From contig OZ024744.1 of NCBI GenBank assembly GCA_964016885.1, positions 25,730,001 through 25,794,000 of the forward strand: a DNA stretch of 64,000 nucleotides, in the 5' to 3' direction. How positions within the stretch are numbered: position 1 is the stretch's first letter; the number at the start of each line of letters is the position of its first letter. Below, in pieces: positions 1 to 12,100 of this stretch. The position numbers and the translations under genes were made by a program. The DNA comes from Eledone cirrhosa. Lineage: Eukaryota. The notes beneath the pieces are model-generated. The model was not told the origin of the DNA and did not search any database. It worked only from the letters and a program-made list of their open reading frames with translations.

Positions 1-199
1 GGTTGTTAGTGGTTGTTAGTAGTTGTTAGTGGTGGTTAGTATTTGTTAACGTTTGATAATGGTTGGTAGTGGTTGTTAGTGGTTGTTAGTAGTTGTTAGT
101 GGTTGTTAGTGGTTGTTAGTGGTTGTTATTGGTTGTTAGTGGTTGTTAGTGGTTGTTAGTGGTTGTTAGATGTTGTTAGTGGTTGTTAGTGGTTGTTAG

Positions 200-3100
200 T
201 GGTTGTTAGTGGTTGTTAGTGGTTGTTAACGGTTGTTAGTGGCTGTTAGTGTTGTTAGAGGTTGTTAGTGGTTGTTACTAGTTGTTAGTAGTTGTTAGAA
301 CTTGGTAGTGGTTGTTAGTGGTTGTTAGTGGTTGTTAGTAGTTGTTAGTGGTTGTCATTGGTTGTTAGTGGTTGCTAGTGGTTGTTAGTGGTTGTTAGAT
401 GTTGTTAGTGGTTGTTAGTGGTTGTTAGTGGTTGTTATTAGTTGTTAGTGGTTGGCAGTGGTTGCTTGTGGTTGTTAGTGGTTGTTACTAGTTGTTCGTG
501 GTTGTTAGTGTTTGTTAGTGGTTGTTAGTGGTTATTAGTGGTTGTTTGTGGTTGTTACTGGTTGTTAGTGGTTGTTAGAGCTTGGTAGTGGTTCTTAGTG
601 GTTGTTAGTGGTTGTTAGCAATTGTTAGTGGTTGTTAGTGGTTGTTAGTGATTGTTAGTGTTTGTTAGTGGATGTTAGTAGTTGTTAATGGTTGTTAGTG
701 GTTGTTAGTGGTTGTTAGTAGTTGTTAGTGGTTGTTAGTATTTGTTAACGTTTGATAATGGTTGGTAGTGGTTGTTAGTGGTTGTTAGTAGTTGTTAGTG
801 GTTGTTAGTGGTTGTTTGTGGTTGTTAGTAGTTGTTAGTGATTGTTAGTGGTTGTTAGTGGATGTTAGTAGTTGTTAATGGTTGTTAGTGGTTGTTAGTG
901 GTTGTTAGTAGTTGTTAGTGGTTGTTAGTATTTGTTAACGTTTGATAATGGTTGGTAGTGGTTGTTAGTGGTTGTTAGTAGTTGTTAGTGGTTGTTAGTG
1001 GTTGTTTGTGGTTGTTAGTAGTTGTTAGTGGTTGTTAGTAGTTGTTAATGTTTGATAATGTTTGTTAGTAGTTGTTAGTGGCTGTTAGTGGTTGTTAGTG
1101 GTTGTTAGTGGTTGTTAATGGTTGTTAGTGGTTGTTAGTATTTGTTAGTGGTTGTTAGTGGTTGTTAATGGTTGTTATTGGTTGTTAGTAGTTGTTAGTT
1201 GTTGTTAGTTGTTGTTAGTCGTTGTTAGTGGTTGTTAGTGGTTGTTAGTAGTTGTTAGTGGTTGTTATTGGTTGTTAGTGGTTCTTAGTGTTTGTTAGTC
1301 GTTGTTAGCGCTTGTTAGCGATTGTTAGTGTTGTTAGTGGTTGTTAGGGGTTGTTAGTAGTTGTTAGTAGTTGTTAGAGGTTGTTAGTGGTTGTTAGTGG
1401 TTGTTAGTGGTTGTTAGTTGTTGTTAGTGGTTGTTAGTAGTTGTTATTGGTCGTTACTGGTTGCTAATGATTATTAGTAGTTGTTAGTGGTTGTTAGTGG
1501 TTGGTAGTGGTTGTTAGTGGTTGTTAGTGGTTGTTAGTGGTTGTTAGTGGTTGTTAGTGGTTGTTAGTGGTTGTTAGTAGTTGTTAGTGGTTGTTAGTGG
1601 TTGTTACTGATTGTCAGTGGTTGTTAGTGGTTGTTAGTAATTGTTATTGGTCGTTAGTGGTTGTTAATGTTTGTTAGTAGTTGTTACTGGTTGTTCGTGG
1701 TTGTTAGTGGTTGTTAGTGGTTGTTAGTGGTTGTTAGTGGTTGTTAGCAGTTGTTATTGGTTTTTAGTATTGTTAGTGGTTGTTAGTGGTTGTTAGTGGT
1801 TGTTAGTAGTTGTTAGAACTTGTTAGTGGTTGTTAATGGTTGTTAATGGTTGTTAGTGGTTGTTAGTGGTTGTTAGTAGTTGTTAGTGGTTGTTAGTTGT
1901 TGTTTGTGGTTGTTAGTGGTTGTTAGTGACGATTAGTGTTGTTAGTGATTGTTAGTGGTTGTTAGTGGTTGTTAGTGGTTGTTAGTGGTTGTTAGTGGTT
2001 GTTAGTGGATGTTAGTAGTTGTTAATGGTTGTTAGTGGTTGTTAGTGGTTGGTAGTAATTGTTAATGCTTGATAATGGTTGTTAGTTGTTGTTAGTGGTT
2101 GATAGTAGTTGTTAGTGGTTGTTAGTAGATGTAAGTTGTTAGTGGATGTTAGTGGATGTTAGTAGTTGTTGATGGTTGTTAGTGGTTGTTAGTGGTTGTT
2201 AGTGGTTGTTAGCGGTTGTTAGTGGCTGTTAGTGTTGTTAGAGGTTGTTAGCGGTTGTTACTGGTTGTTAGTAGTTGTTAGAACTTGGTAGTGGTTGTTA
2301 GTGGTTGTTAGTGGTTGTTAGTAGTTGTTAGTGGTTGTCATTGTTTTGTTAGTGGTTGCTAGTGGTTGTTAGTGGTTGTTAGATGTTGTTAGTGGTTGTT
2401 AGTGGTTGTTAGTGGTTGTTAGTAGTTGTTAGTGGTTGTTAGTGGTTGTTTGTGGTTGTTAGTGGTTGTTGCTAGTTGTTCGTGGTTGTTAGTGTTTGTT
2501 AGTGGTTGTTAGTGGTTATTAGTGGTTGTTTGTGGTTGTTACTGGTTGTTAGTGGTTGTTAGAGCTTGGTAGTGGTTGTTAGTGGTTGTTAGTGGTTGTT
2601 AGTAATTGTTAGTGGTTGTTAGTGGTTGTTAGTGGTTGTTAGTGGTTGTTAGTGGATGTTAGTAGTTGTTAATGGTTGTTAGTGGTTGTTAGTGGTTGTT
2701 AGTAGTTGTTAGTGGTTGTTAGTATTTGTTAACGTTTGATAATGGTTGTTAGTGGTTGTTAGTGGTTGTTAGTAGTTGTTAGTGGTTGTTAGTGGTTGTT
2801 TGTGGATGTTAGTAGTTGTTAGTGGTTGTTAGTAGTTGTTAATGTTTGATAATGTTTGTTAGTAGTTGTTAGTGGTTGTTAGTGGTTGTTAGTGGTTGTT
2901 AGTGGTTGTTAATGGTTGTTAGTGGTTGTTAGTATTTGTTAGTGGTTGTTAGTGGTTGTTAATGGTTGTTATTGGTTGTTAGTAGTTGTTAGTTGTTGTT
3001 AGTTGTTGTTAGTGGTTGTTAGTGGTTGTTAGTGGTTGTTAGTAGTTGTTAGTGGTTGTTATTGGTTGTTAGTGGTTCTTAGTGTTTGTTAGTCGTTGTT

Positions 3101-6100
3101 AGCGCTTGTTAGTGATTGTTAGTGTTGTTAGTGGTTGTTAGTGGTTGTTAGAGCTTGGTAGTGGTTGTTAGTGGTTGTTAGTGGTTGTTAGTAGTTGTTA
3201 GTAGTTGTTAGAGGTTGTTAGTGGTTGTTAGTGGTTGTTAGTGGTTGTTAGTTGTTGTTAGTGGTTGTTAGTAGTTGTTATTGGTCGTTAGTGGTTGCTA
3301 ATGATTATTAGTAGTTGTTAGTGGTTGTTAGTGGTTGGTAGTGGTTGTTATTGGTTGTTAGTGGTTGTTAGTAGTTGTTAGTGGTTGTCAATGTTTGTTA
3401 GTGGTTGCTAGTGGTTGTTAGTGGTTGTTAGATGTTGTTAGTGGTTGTTAGTGGTTGTTAGTGGTTGTTAGTAGTTGTTAGTGGTTGTTAGTGGTTGTTT
3501 GTGGTTGTTAGTGGTTGTTAGTGGTTGTTAGTGGTTGTTAGTGGTTGTTAGTGGTTGTTATTGGTTGTTACTGTTTGTTAGTGGTTGTTAGAGCTTGGTA
3601 GTGGTTGTTAGTGGTTGTTAGTGGTTGTTAGTTGTTGTTAGTGGTTGTTAGTGGTTGTTAGTGGTTGTTAGAGGTTGTTAGTGGTTGTTAGTGGATGTTA
3701 GTAGTTGTTAATGGTTGTTAGTGGTTGTTAGTAGTTGTTAATGTTTGATAATGGTTGTTAGTGGTTGTTAGTGGTTGTTAGTAGTTGTTAGTGGTTGTTA
3801 GTGGTTGTTTGTGGTTGTTAGTAGTTGTTAGTGGTTGTTAGTAGTTGTTAATGTTTGATAATGGTTGTTAGTAGTTGTTAGTGGTTGTTAGTGGTTGTTA
3901 GTGGTTGTTAGTGGTTGTTAGTGGTTGTTAATGGTTGTTAGTGGTTGTTAGTAGTTGTTAGTGCTTGTTATTGGTTGTTAGTGGTTCTTAGTGTTTGTTA
4001 GTCGTTGTTAGCGCTTGTTAGTGATTGTTAGTGTTGTTAGTGGTTGTTAGTGGTTGTTAGTAGTTGTTAGTAGTTGTTAGTGGTTGTTAGTAGTTGTTAT
4101 TGGTCGGTAGTGGTTGCTAATGATTATTAGTAGTTGTTACTGGTTGTTAGTGGTTGGTAGTGGTTGTTAGTGGTTCTTAGTGGTTCTTAGTGGTTGTTAG
4201 TGGTTGTTAGTGGTTGTTGGTAGTTGTTAGTGGTTGTTAGTGGTTGTTATTGATTGTCAGTGGTTGTTAGTGGTTGTTAGTAATTGTTATTGGTCGTTAG
4301 TGGTTGTTAATGTTTATTAGTAGTTGTTACTGATTGTTCGTGGTTGTTAGTGGTTGTTAGTGGTTGTTAGTGGTTGTTAGTGGTTGTTAGCGGTTGTTAA
4401 TGGTTGTTAGTGGTTGTTAGTGGTTGTTAGTGGTTGTTAGCGGTTGTTAGGGTTGTTAGTGGTTGTTAGTGTTGTTAGTGGTTGTTAGTGGTTGTTAGTA
4501 GTTGTTAGTGGTTGTTAGTGGTTGTTAGTAGTTGTTAGTGGTTGTTAGTGTTTGTTAGTGGTTGTTAGAGGTTGTTAATGGTTGTTAGTAGTTGTTAGTG
4601 GTTGTTAGTGGTTGTTTGTAGTTGTTAGTGGTTGTTAGTGGTTGTTAGTGGTTGTTAGTGGTTGAAATGGTCGTTAGTGTTTGTTAATGGTTGTTAGTAG
4701 TTGTTAGTGGTTGTTAATGGTTGTTAGTGGTTGTTAGTGGTTGTTAGTGGTTGTTAGTAATTGTTATTGGTCGTTAGTGGTTGTTAATGGTTGTTAGTAG
4801 TTGTTGGTGGTTGTTAGTGGTTGTTAGTGTTTGTTAGTGGTTGTTAGTGGTTGTTAGTAGTTGTTAGTGATTGTTAGTGGTTGTTAGTGGTTGTTTGTGG
4901 TTGTTAATGGTTGTTAGTGGTTGTTAGTGGTTCTAGTGTTGTTAGTGGTTGTTAGTGGGTGTGATTGGTTGTTAGTGGTTGTTAGCAGTTGTTAGTGGTT
5001 GTTAGTGTTGTTAGGGGTTGTTAGTGGTTGTTAGTAGTTGTTAGTGGTTGTTTGTAGTTGTTAGTGGTTGTTAGTAGTTGTTAGTGGTTGTTAGTGGTTG
5101 TTAGTGGTTGTTAGTAATTGTTATTGGTCGTTAGTGGTGGTTAGTGGTTGTTAGTGGTTGTCAGTGGTTGTTAGTAGTTGTTAGTGGTTGTTAGCTGTTT
5201 GTTAGTGGTTGTTAGTGATTGTTTGTTGTTGTTAATGGTTATTAGTGGTTGTTAGTAGTTGTTAGTGGTTGTTAGTGGTTGTTAGTGGTTGTGAGTGGTT
5301 GTTAGTAATTGTTATTTGTCGTTAGTGGTTGTTAATGTTTGTTAGTAGTTGTTAGTGGTTGTTAGTGGTTGTTAGTGGTTGTTAGTGGTTGTTAGCGGTT
5401 GTTAGTGGTTGTTAGTGTTGTTAGTGGTTGTTAGTGGTTATTACTGGTTGTTAGTATTTGTTAGAGCTTGGTGGTGGTTGTTAGTGGTTGTTAGTGGTGT
5501 TAGTAGTTGTTAGTGGTTGTTATTGGTTGTTAGTGGTTGTTAGTGGTTGTTAGTGGTTGTTAGATGTTGTTAATGGTTGTTAGTGGTTGTTAGTGGTTGT
5601 TAGTAATATTTAGTGGTTGTTAGTGGTTGTTAGTGGTTGTTAGTGGTTGTTAGTAGTTGTTCGTGGTTGTTAGTGGTTGTTAGTAGTTGTTATTGGTTGT
5701 TATTGGTTGTTAGTGGTTGTTAGTGGTTGTTAGATGTTGTTAGTGGTTGTTAGTGATTGTTAGTGGTTGTTAGTGGTTGTTAGTGGTTGTTAGCGGTTGT
5801 TAGTGGCTGTTAGTGTTGTTAGTGGCTGTTAGTGGTTGTTAGTGATTGTTAGCGGTTGTTAGTGGTTGTTGGTGTTGTTAGTGGTTGTTAGTGGTTGTTA
5901 CTGGTTGTTAGTAGTTGTTACAGCTTGGTAGTGGTTGTTAGTGGATTGTTAGTGGTTGTTAGTTGTTGTTAGTGGTTGTTAGTGGTTGTTAGTGGTTGTT
6001 AGTGGTTGCTAGTAGTTGTTAGTGGTTGTTATTGGTTGTTAGTGGTTGTTAGTGGTTTTTAATAGTTGTTCGTGATTGTTAGTGGTTGTTAGTGGTTGTT

Positions 6101-9100
6101 AGTGGTTGTTAGTGGTTCTTAGTTGTTGTTAGTGGTTGTTAGTGGTTGTTAGTGGTTGTTAGTAGTTGTTAGTGGTTGTTAGTGGTTGTTAGTGGTTGTT
6201 AGTGGTTGTTAGTGGTTGTTAGTAGGTGTTAGTTGTTGTTAGTGGTTATTAGTGGTTGTTAATATTTGTTAATGTTTGATAATCGTTGTTAATGGTTGTT
6301 AGTGGTTGTTAGTGGTTGTTAGTGGCTGTTAGTGGACGTTAGTGTATGTTAGTGGATGTTAGTAGTTGTTAATGGTTGTTAGTGGTTGATAGTGGTTGTT
6401 GTTGGTTGTTAGTGGTTGTTAGTGATTGTCAGTGGTTGTTAGTTGTTGTTAGTAATTGTTATTGGTCGTTAGTGGTTGTTAATGTTTGTTAGTAGTTGTT
6501 AGTAGTTGTTAGTGGTTGTTAGTGTTTGTTAGTGGTTGTTAGTAGTTGTTAGTGGTTGTTAGTGGTTGTTAGTAATTGTTATTGGTCGTTAGTGGTTGTT
6601 AATTGTTGTTAGTATTTGTTAGTGGTTGTTAGTGGTTGTTAGTGGTTGTTAGTTGTTGTTACTAGTTGTTAGTGGTTGTTAGTGGTTGTTAGTGGTTGTT
6701 AGTGTTGTTAGTGGTTGTTAGTGGTTGTTAGTGGTTGTTAGTGGTTGTTAACGGTTGTTAGTGGCTGTTAGTGTTGTTAGAGGTTGTTAGTGGTTGTTAC
6801 TAGTTGTTAGTAGTTGTTAGAACTTGGTAGTGGTTGTTAGTGGTTGTTAGTGGTTGTTAGTAGTTGTTAGTGGTTGTCATTGGTTGTTAGTGGTTGCTAG
6901 TGGTTGTTAGTGGTTGTTAGATGTTGTTAGTGGTTGTTAGTGGTTGTTAGTGGTTGTTATTAGTTGTTAGTGGTTGGCAGTGGTTGCTTGTGGTTGTTAG
7001 TGGTTGTTACTAGTTGTTCGTGGTTGTTAGTGTTTGTTAGTGGTTGTTAGTGGTTATTAGTGGTTGTTTGTGGTTGTTACTGGTTGTTAGTGGTTGTTAG
7101 AGCTTGGTAGTGGTTCTTAGTGGTTGTTAGTGGTTGTTAGCAATTGTTAGTGGTTGTTAGTGGTTGTTAGTGATTGTTAGTGGTTGTTAGTGGATGTTAG
7201 TAGTTGTTAATGGTTGTTAGTGGTTGTTAGTGGTTGTTAGTAGTTGTTAGTGGTTGTTAGTATTTGTTAACGTTTGATAATGGTTGGTAGTGGTTGTTAG
7301 TGGTTGTTAGTAGTTGTTAGTGGTTGTTAGTGGTTGTTTGTGGTTGTTAGTAGTTGTTAGTGATTGTTAGTGGTTGTTAGTGGATGTTAGTAGTTGTTAA
7401 TGGTTGTTAGTGGTTGTTAGTGGTTGTTAGTAGTTGTTAGTGGTTGTTAGTATTTGTTAACGTTTGATAATGGTTGGTAGTGGTTGTTAGTGGTTGTTAG
7501 TAGTTGTTAGTGGTTGTTAGTGGTTGTTTGTGGTTGTTAGTAGTTGTTAGTGGTTGTTAGTAGTTGTTAATGTTTGATAATGTTTGTTAGTAGTTGTTAG
7601 TGGCTGTTAGTGGTTGTTAGTGGTTGTTAGTGGTTGTTAATGGTTGTTAGTGGTTGTTAGTATTTGTTAGTGGTTGTTAGTGGTTGTTAATGGTTGTTAT
7701 TGGTTGTTAGTAGTTGTTAGTTGTTGTTAGTTGTTGTTAGTCGTTGTTAGTGGTTGTTAGTTGTTGTTAGTAGTTGTTAGTGGTTGTTATTGGTTGTTAG
7801 TGGTTCTTAGTGTTTGTTAGTCGTTGTTAGCGCTTGTTAGCGATTGTTAGTGTTGTTAGTGGTTGTTAGGGGTTGTTAGTAGTTGTTAGTAGTTGTTAGA
7901 GGTTGTTAGTGGTTGTTAGTGGTTGTTAGTGGTTGTTAGTTGTTGTTAGTGGTTGTTAGTAGTTGTTATTGGTCGTTAGTGGTTGCTAATGATTATTAGT
8001 AGTTGTTAGTGGTTGTTAGTGGTTGGTAGTGGTTGTTAGTGGTTGTTAGTGGTTGTTAGTGGTTGTTAGTGGTTGTTAGTGGTTGTTAGTGGTTGTTAGT
8101 AGTTGTTAGTGGTTGTTAGTGGTTGTTACTGATTGTCAGTGGTTGTTAGTGGTTGTTAGTAATTGTTATTGGTCGTTAGTGGTTGTTAATGTTTGTTAGT
8201 AGTTGTTACTGGTTGTTCGTGGTTGTTAGTGGTTGTTAGTGGTTGTTAGTGGTTGTTAGTGGTTGTTAGCAGTTGTTATTGGTTTTTAGTATTGTTAGTG
8301 GTTGTTAGTGGTTGTTAGTGGTTGTTAGTAGTTGTTAGAACTTGTTAGTGGTTGTTAATGGTTGTTAATGGTTGTTAGTGGTTGTTAGTGGTTGTTAGTA
8401 GTTGTTAGTGGTTGTTAGTTGTTGTTTGTGGTTGTTAGTGGTTGTTAGTGACGATTAGTGTTGTTAGTGATTGTTAGTGGTTGTTAGTGGTTGTTAGTGG
8501 TTGTTAGTGGTTGTTAGTGGTTGTTAGTGGATGTTAGTAGTTGTTAATGGTTGTTAGTGGTTGTTAGTGGTTGGTAGTAGTTGTTAATGCTTGATAATGG
8601 TTGTTAGTTGTTGTTAGTGGTTGATAGTAGTTGTTAGTGGTTGTTAGTAGATGTAAGTTGTTAGTGGATGTTAGTGGATGTTAGTAGTTGTTGATGGTTG
8701 TTAGTGGTTGTTAGTGGTTGTTAGTGGTTGTTAGCGGTTGTTAGTGGCTGTTAGTGTTGTTAGAGGTTGTTAGCGGTTGTTACTGGTTGTTAGTAGTTGT
8801 TAGAACTTGGTAGTGGTTGTTAGTGGTTGTTAGTGGTTGTTAGTAGTTGTTAGTGGTTGTCATTGTTTTGTTAGTGGTTGCTAGTGGTTGTTAGTGGTTG
8901 TTAGATGTTGTTAGTGGTTGTTAGTGGTTGTTAGTGGTTGTTAGTAGTTGTTAGTGGTTGTTAGTGGTTGTTTGTGGTTGTTAGTGGTTGTTGCTAGTTG
9001 TTCGTGGTTGTTAGTGTTTGTTAGTGGTTGTTAGTGGTTATTAGTGGTTGTTTGTGGTTGTTACTGGTTGTTAGTGGTTGTTAGAGCTTGGTAGTGGTTG

Positions 9101-12100
9101 TTAGTGGTTGTTAGTGGTTGTTAGTAATTGTTAGTGGTTGTTAGTGGTTGTTAGTGGTTGTTAGTGGTTGTTAGTGGATGTTAGTAGTTGTTAATGGTTG
9201 TTAGTGGTTGTTAGTGGTTGTTAGTAGTTGTTAGTGGTTGTTAGTATTTGTTAACGTTTGATAATGGTTGTTAGTGGTTGTTAGTGGTTGTTAGTAGTTG
9301 TTAGTGGTTGTTAGTGGTTGTTTGTGGTTGTTAGTAGTTGTTAGTGGTTGTTAGTAGTTGTTAATGTTTGATAATGTTTGTTAGTAGTTGTTAGTGGTTG
9401 TTAGTGGTTGTTAGTGGTTGATAGTGGTTGTTAATGGTTGTTAGTGGTTGTTAGTATTTGTTAGTGGTTGTTAGTGGTTGTTAATGGTTGTTATTGGTTG
9501 TTAGTAGTTGTTAGTTGTTGTTAGTTGTTGTTAGTGGTTGTTAGTGGTTGTTAGTGGTTGTTAGTAGTTGTTAGTGGTTGCTATTGGTTGTTAGTGGTTC
9601 TTAGTGTTTGTTAGTCGTTGTTAGCGCTTGTTAGTGATTGTTAGTGTTGTTAGTGGTTGTTAGTGGTTGTTAGAGCTTGGTAGTGGTTGTTAGTGGTTGT
9701 TAGTGGTTGTTAGTAGTTGTTAGTAGTTGTTAGAGGTTGTTAGTGGTTGTTAGTGGTTGTTAGTGGTTGTTAGTTGTTGTTAGTGGTTGTTAGTAGTTGT
9801 TATTGGTCGTTAGTGGTTGCTAATGATTATTAGTAGTTGTTAGTGGTTGTTAGTGGTTGGTAGTGGTTGTTAGTGGTTGTTAGTGGTTGTTAGTAGTTGT
9901 TAGTGGTTGTCAATGTTTGTTAGTGGTTGCTAGTGGTTGTTAGTGGTTGTTAGATGTTGTTAGTGGTTGTTAGTGGTTTTTAGTGGTTGTTAGTAGTTGT
10001 TAGTGGTTGTTAGTGGTTGTTTGTGGTTGTTAGTGGTTGTTGCTAGTTGTTCGTGGTTGTTAGTGTTTGTTAGTGGTTGTTAGTGGTTATTAGTGGTTGT
10101 TTGTGGTTGTTACTGGTTGTTAGTGGTTGTTAGAGCTTGGTAGTGGTTGTTAGTGGTTGTTAGTGGTTGTTAGTAATTGTTAGTGGTTGTTAGTGGTTGT
10201 TAGTGGTTGTTAGTGGTTGTTAGTGGATGTTAGTAGTTGTTAATGGTTGTTAGTGGTTGTTAGTGGTTGTTAGTAGTTGTTAGTGGTTGTTAGTATTTGT
10301 TAACGTTTGATAATGGTTGTTAGTGGTTGTTAGTGGTTGTTAGTAGTTGTTAGTGGTTGTTAGTGGTTGTTTGTGGTTGTTAGTAGTTGTTAGTGGTTGT
10401 TAGTAGTTGTTAATGTTTGATAATGTTTGTTAGTAGTTGTTAGTGGTTGTTAGTGGTTGTTAGTGGTTGTTAGTGGTTGTCAATGGTTGTTAGTGGTTGT
10501 TAGTATTTGTTAGTGGTTGTTAGTGGTTGTTAATGGTTGTTATTGGTTGTTAGTAGTTGTTAGTTGTTGTTAGTTGTTGTTAGTGGTTGTTAGTGGTTGT
10601 TAGTGGTTGTTAGTAGTTGTTAGTGGTTGTTATTGGTTGTTAGTGGTTCTTAGTGTTTGTTAGTCGTTGTTAGCGCTTGTTAGTGATTGTTAGTGTTGTT
10701 AGTGGTTGTTAGTGGTTGTTAGAGCTTGGTAGTGGTTGTTAGTGGTTGTTAGTGGTTGTTAGTAGTTGTTAGTAGTTGTTAGAGGTTGTTAGTGGTTGTT
10801 AGTGGTTGTTAGTGGTTGTTAGTTGTTGTTAGTGGTTGTTAGTAGTTGTTATTGGTCGTTAGTGGTTGCTAATGATTATTAGTAGTTGTTAGTGGTTGTT
10901 AGTGGTTGGTAGTGGTTGTTAGTGGTTGTTAGTGGTTGTTAGTAGTTGTTAGTGGTTGTCAATGTTTGTTAGTGGTTGCTAGTGGTTGTTAGTGGTTGTT
11001 AGATGTTGTTAGTGGTTGTTAGTGGTTGTTAGTGGTTGTTAGTAGTTGTTAGTGGTTGTTAGTGGTTGTTTGTGGTTGTTAGTGGTTGTTAGTGGTTGTT
11101 AGTGGTTGTTAGTGCTTGTTAGTGGTTGTTATTGGTTGTTACTGTTTGTTAGTGGTTGTTAGAGCTTGGTAGTGGTTGTTAGTGGTTGTTAGTGGTTGTT
11201 AGTTGTTGTTAGTGGTTGTTAGTGGTTGTTAGTGGTTGTTAGAGGTTGTTAGTGGTTGTTAGTGGATGTTAGTAGTTGTTAATGGTTGTTAGTGGTTGTT
11301 AGTAGTTGTTAATGTTTGATAATGGTTGTTAGTGGTTGTTAGTGGTTGTTAGTATTTGTTAGTGGTTGTTAGTGGTTGTTTGTGGTTGTTAGTAGTTGTT
11401 AGTGGTTGTTAGTAGTTGTTAATGTTTGATAATGGTTGTTAGTAGTTGTTAGTGGTTGTTAGTGGTTGTTAGTGGTTGTTAGTGGTTGTTAGTGGTTGTT
11501 AATGGTTGTTAGTGGTTGTTAGTATTTGTTAGTGGTTGTTAGTGGTTGTTAATGGTTGTTAGTGTTTGTTAGTAGTTGTAAGTGGTTGTTAGTGGTTGTT
11601 AGTGATTTTTAGTGGTTGTTAGTCGTTGTTAGTAGTTGTTAGTGCTTGTTATTGGTTGTTAGTGGTTCTTAGTGTTTGTTAGTCGTTGTTAGCGCTTGTT
11701 AGTGATTGTTAGTGTTGTTAGTGGTTGTTAGTGGTTGTTAGTAGTTGTTAGTAGTTGTTAGTGGTTGTTAGTAGTTGTTATTGGTCGGTAGTGGTTGCTA
11801 ATGATTATTAGTAGTTGTTACTGGTTGTTAGTGGTTGGTAGCGGTTGTTAGTGGTTCTTAGTGGTTCTTAGTGGTTGTTAGTGGTTGTTAGTGGTTGTTG
11901 GTAGTTGTTAGTGGTTGTTAGTGGTTGTTATTGATTGTCAGTGGTTGTTAGTGGTTGTTAGTAATTGTTATTGGTCGTTAGTGGTTGTTAATGTTTATTA
12001 GTAGTTGTTACTGGTTGTTCGTGGTTGTTAGTGGTTGTTAGTGGTTGTTAGTGGTTGTTAGTGGTTGTTAGCGGTTGTTAATGGTTGTTAGTGGTTGTTA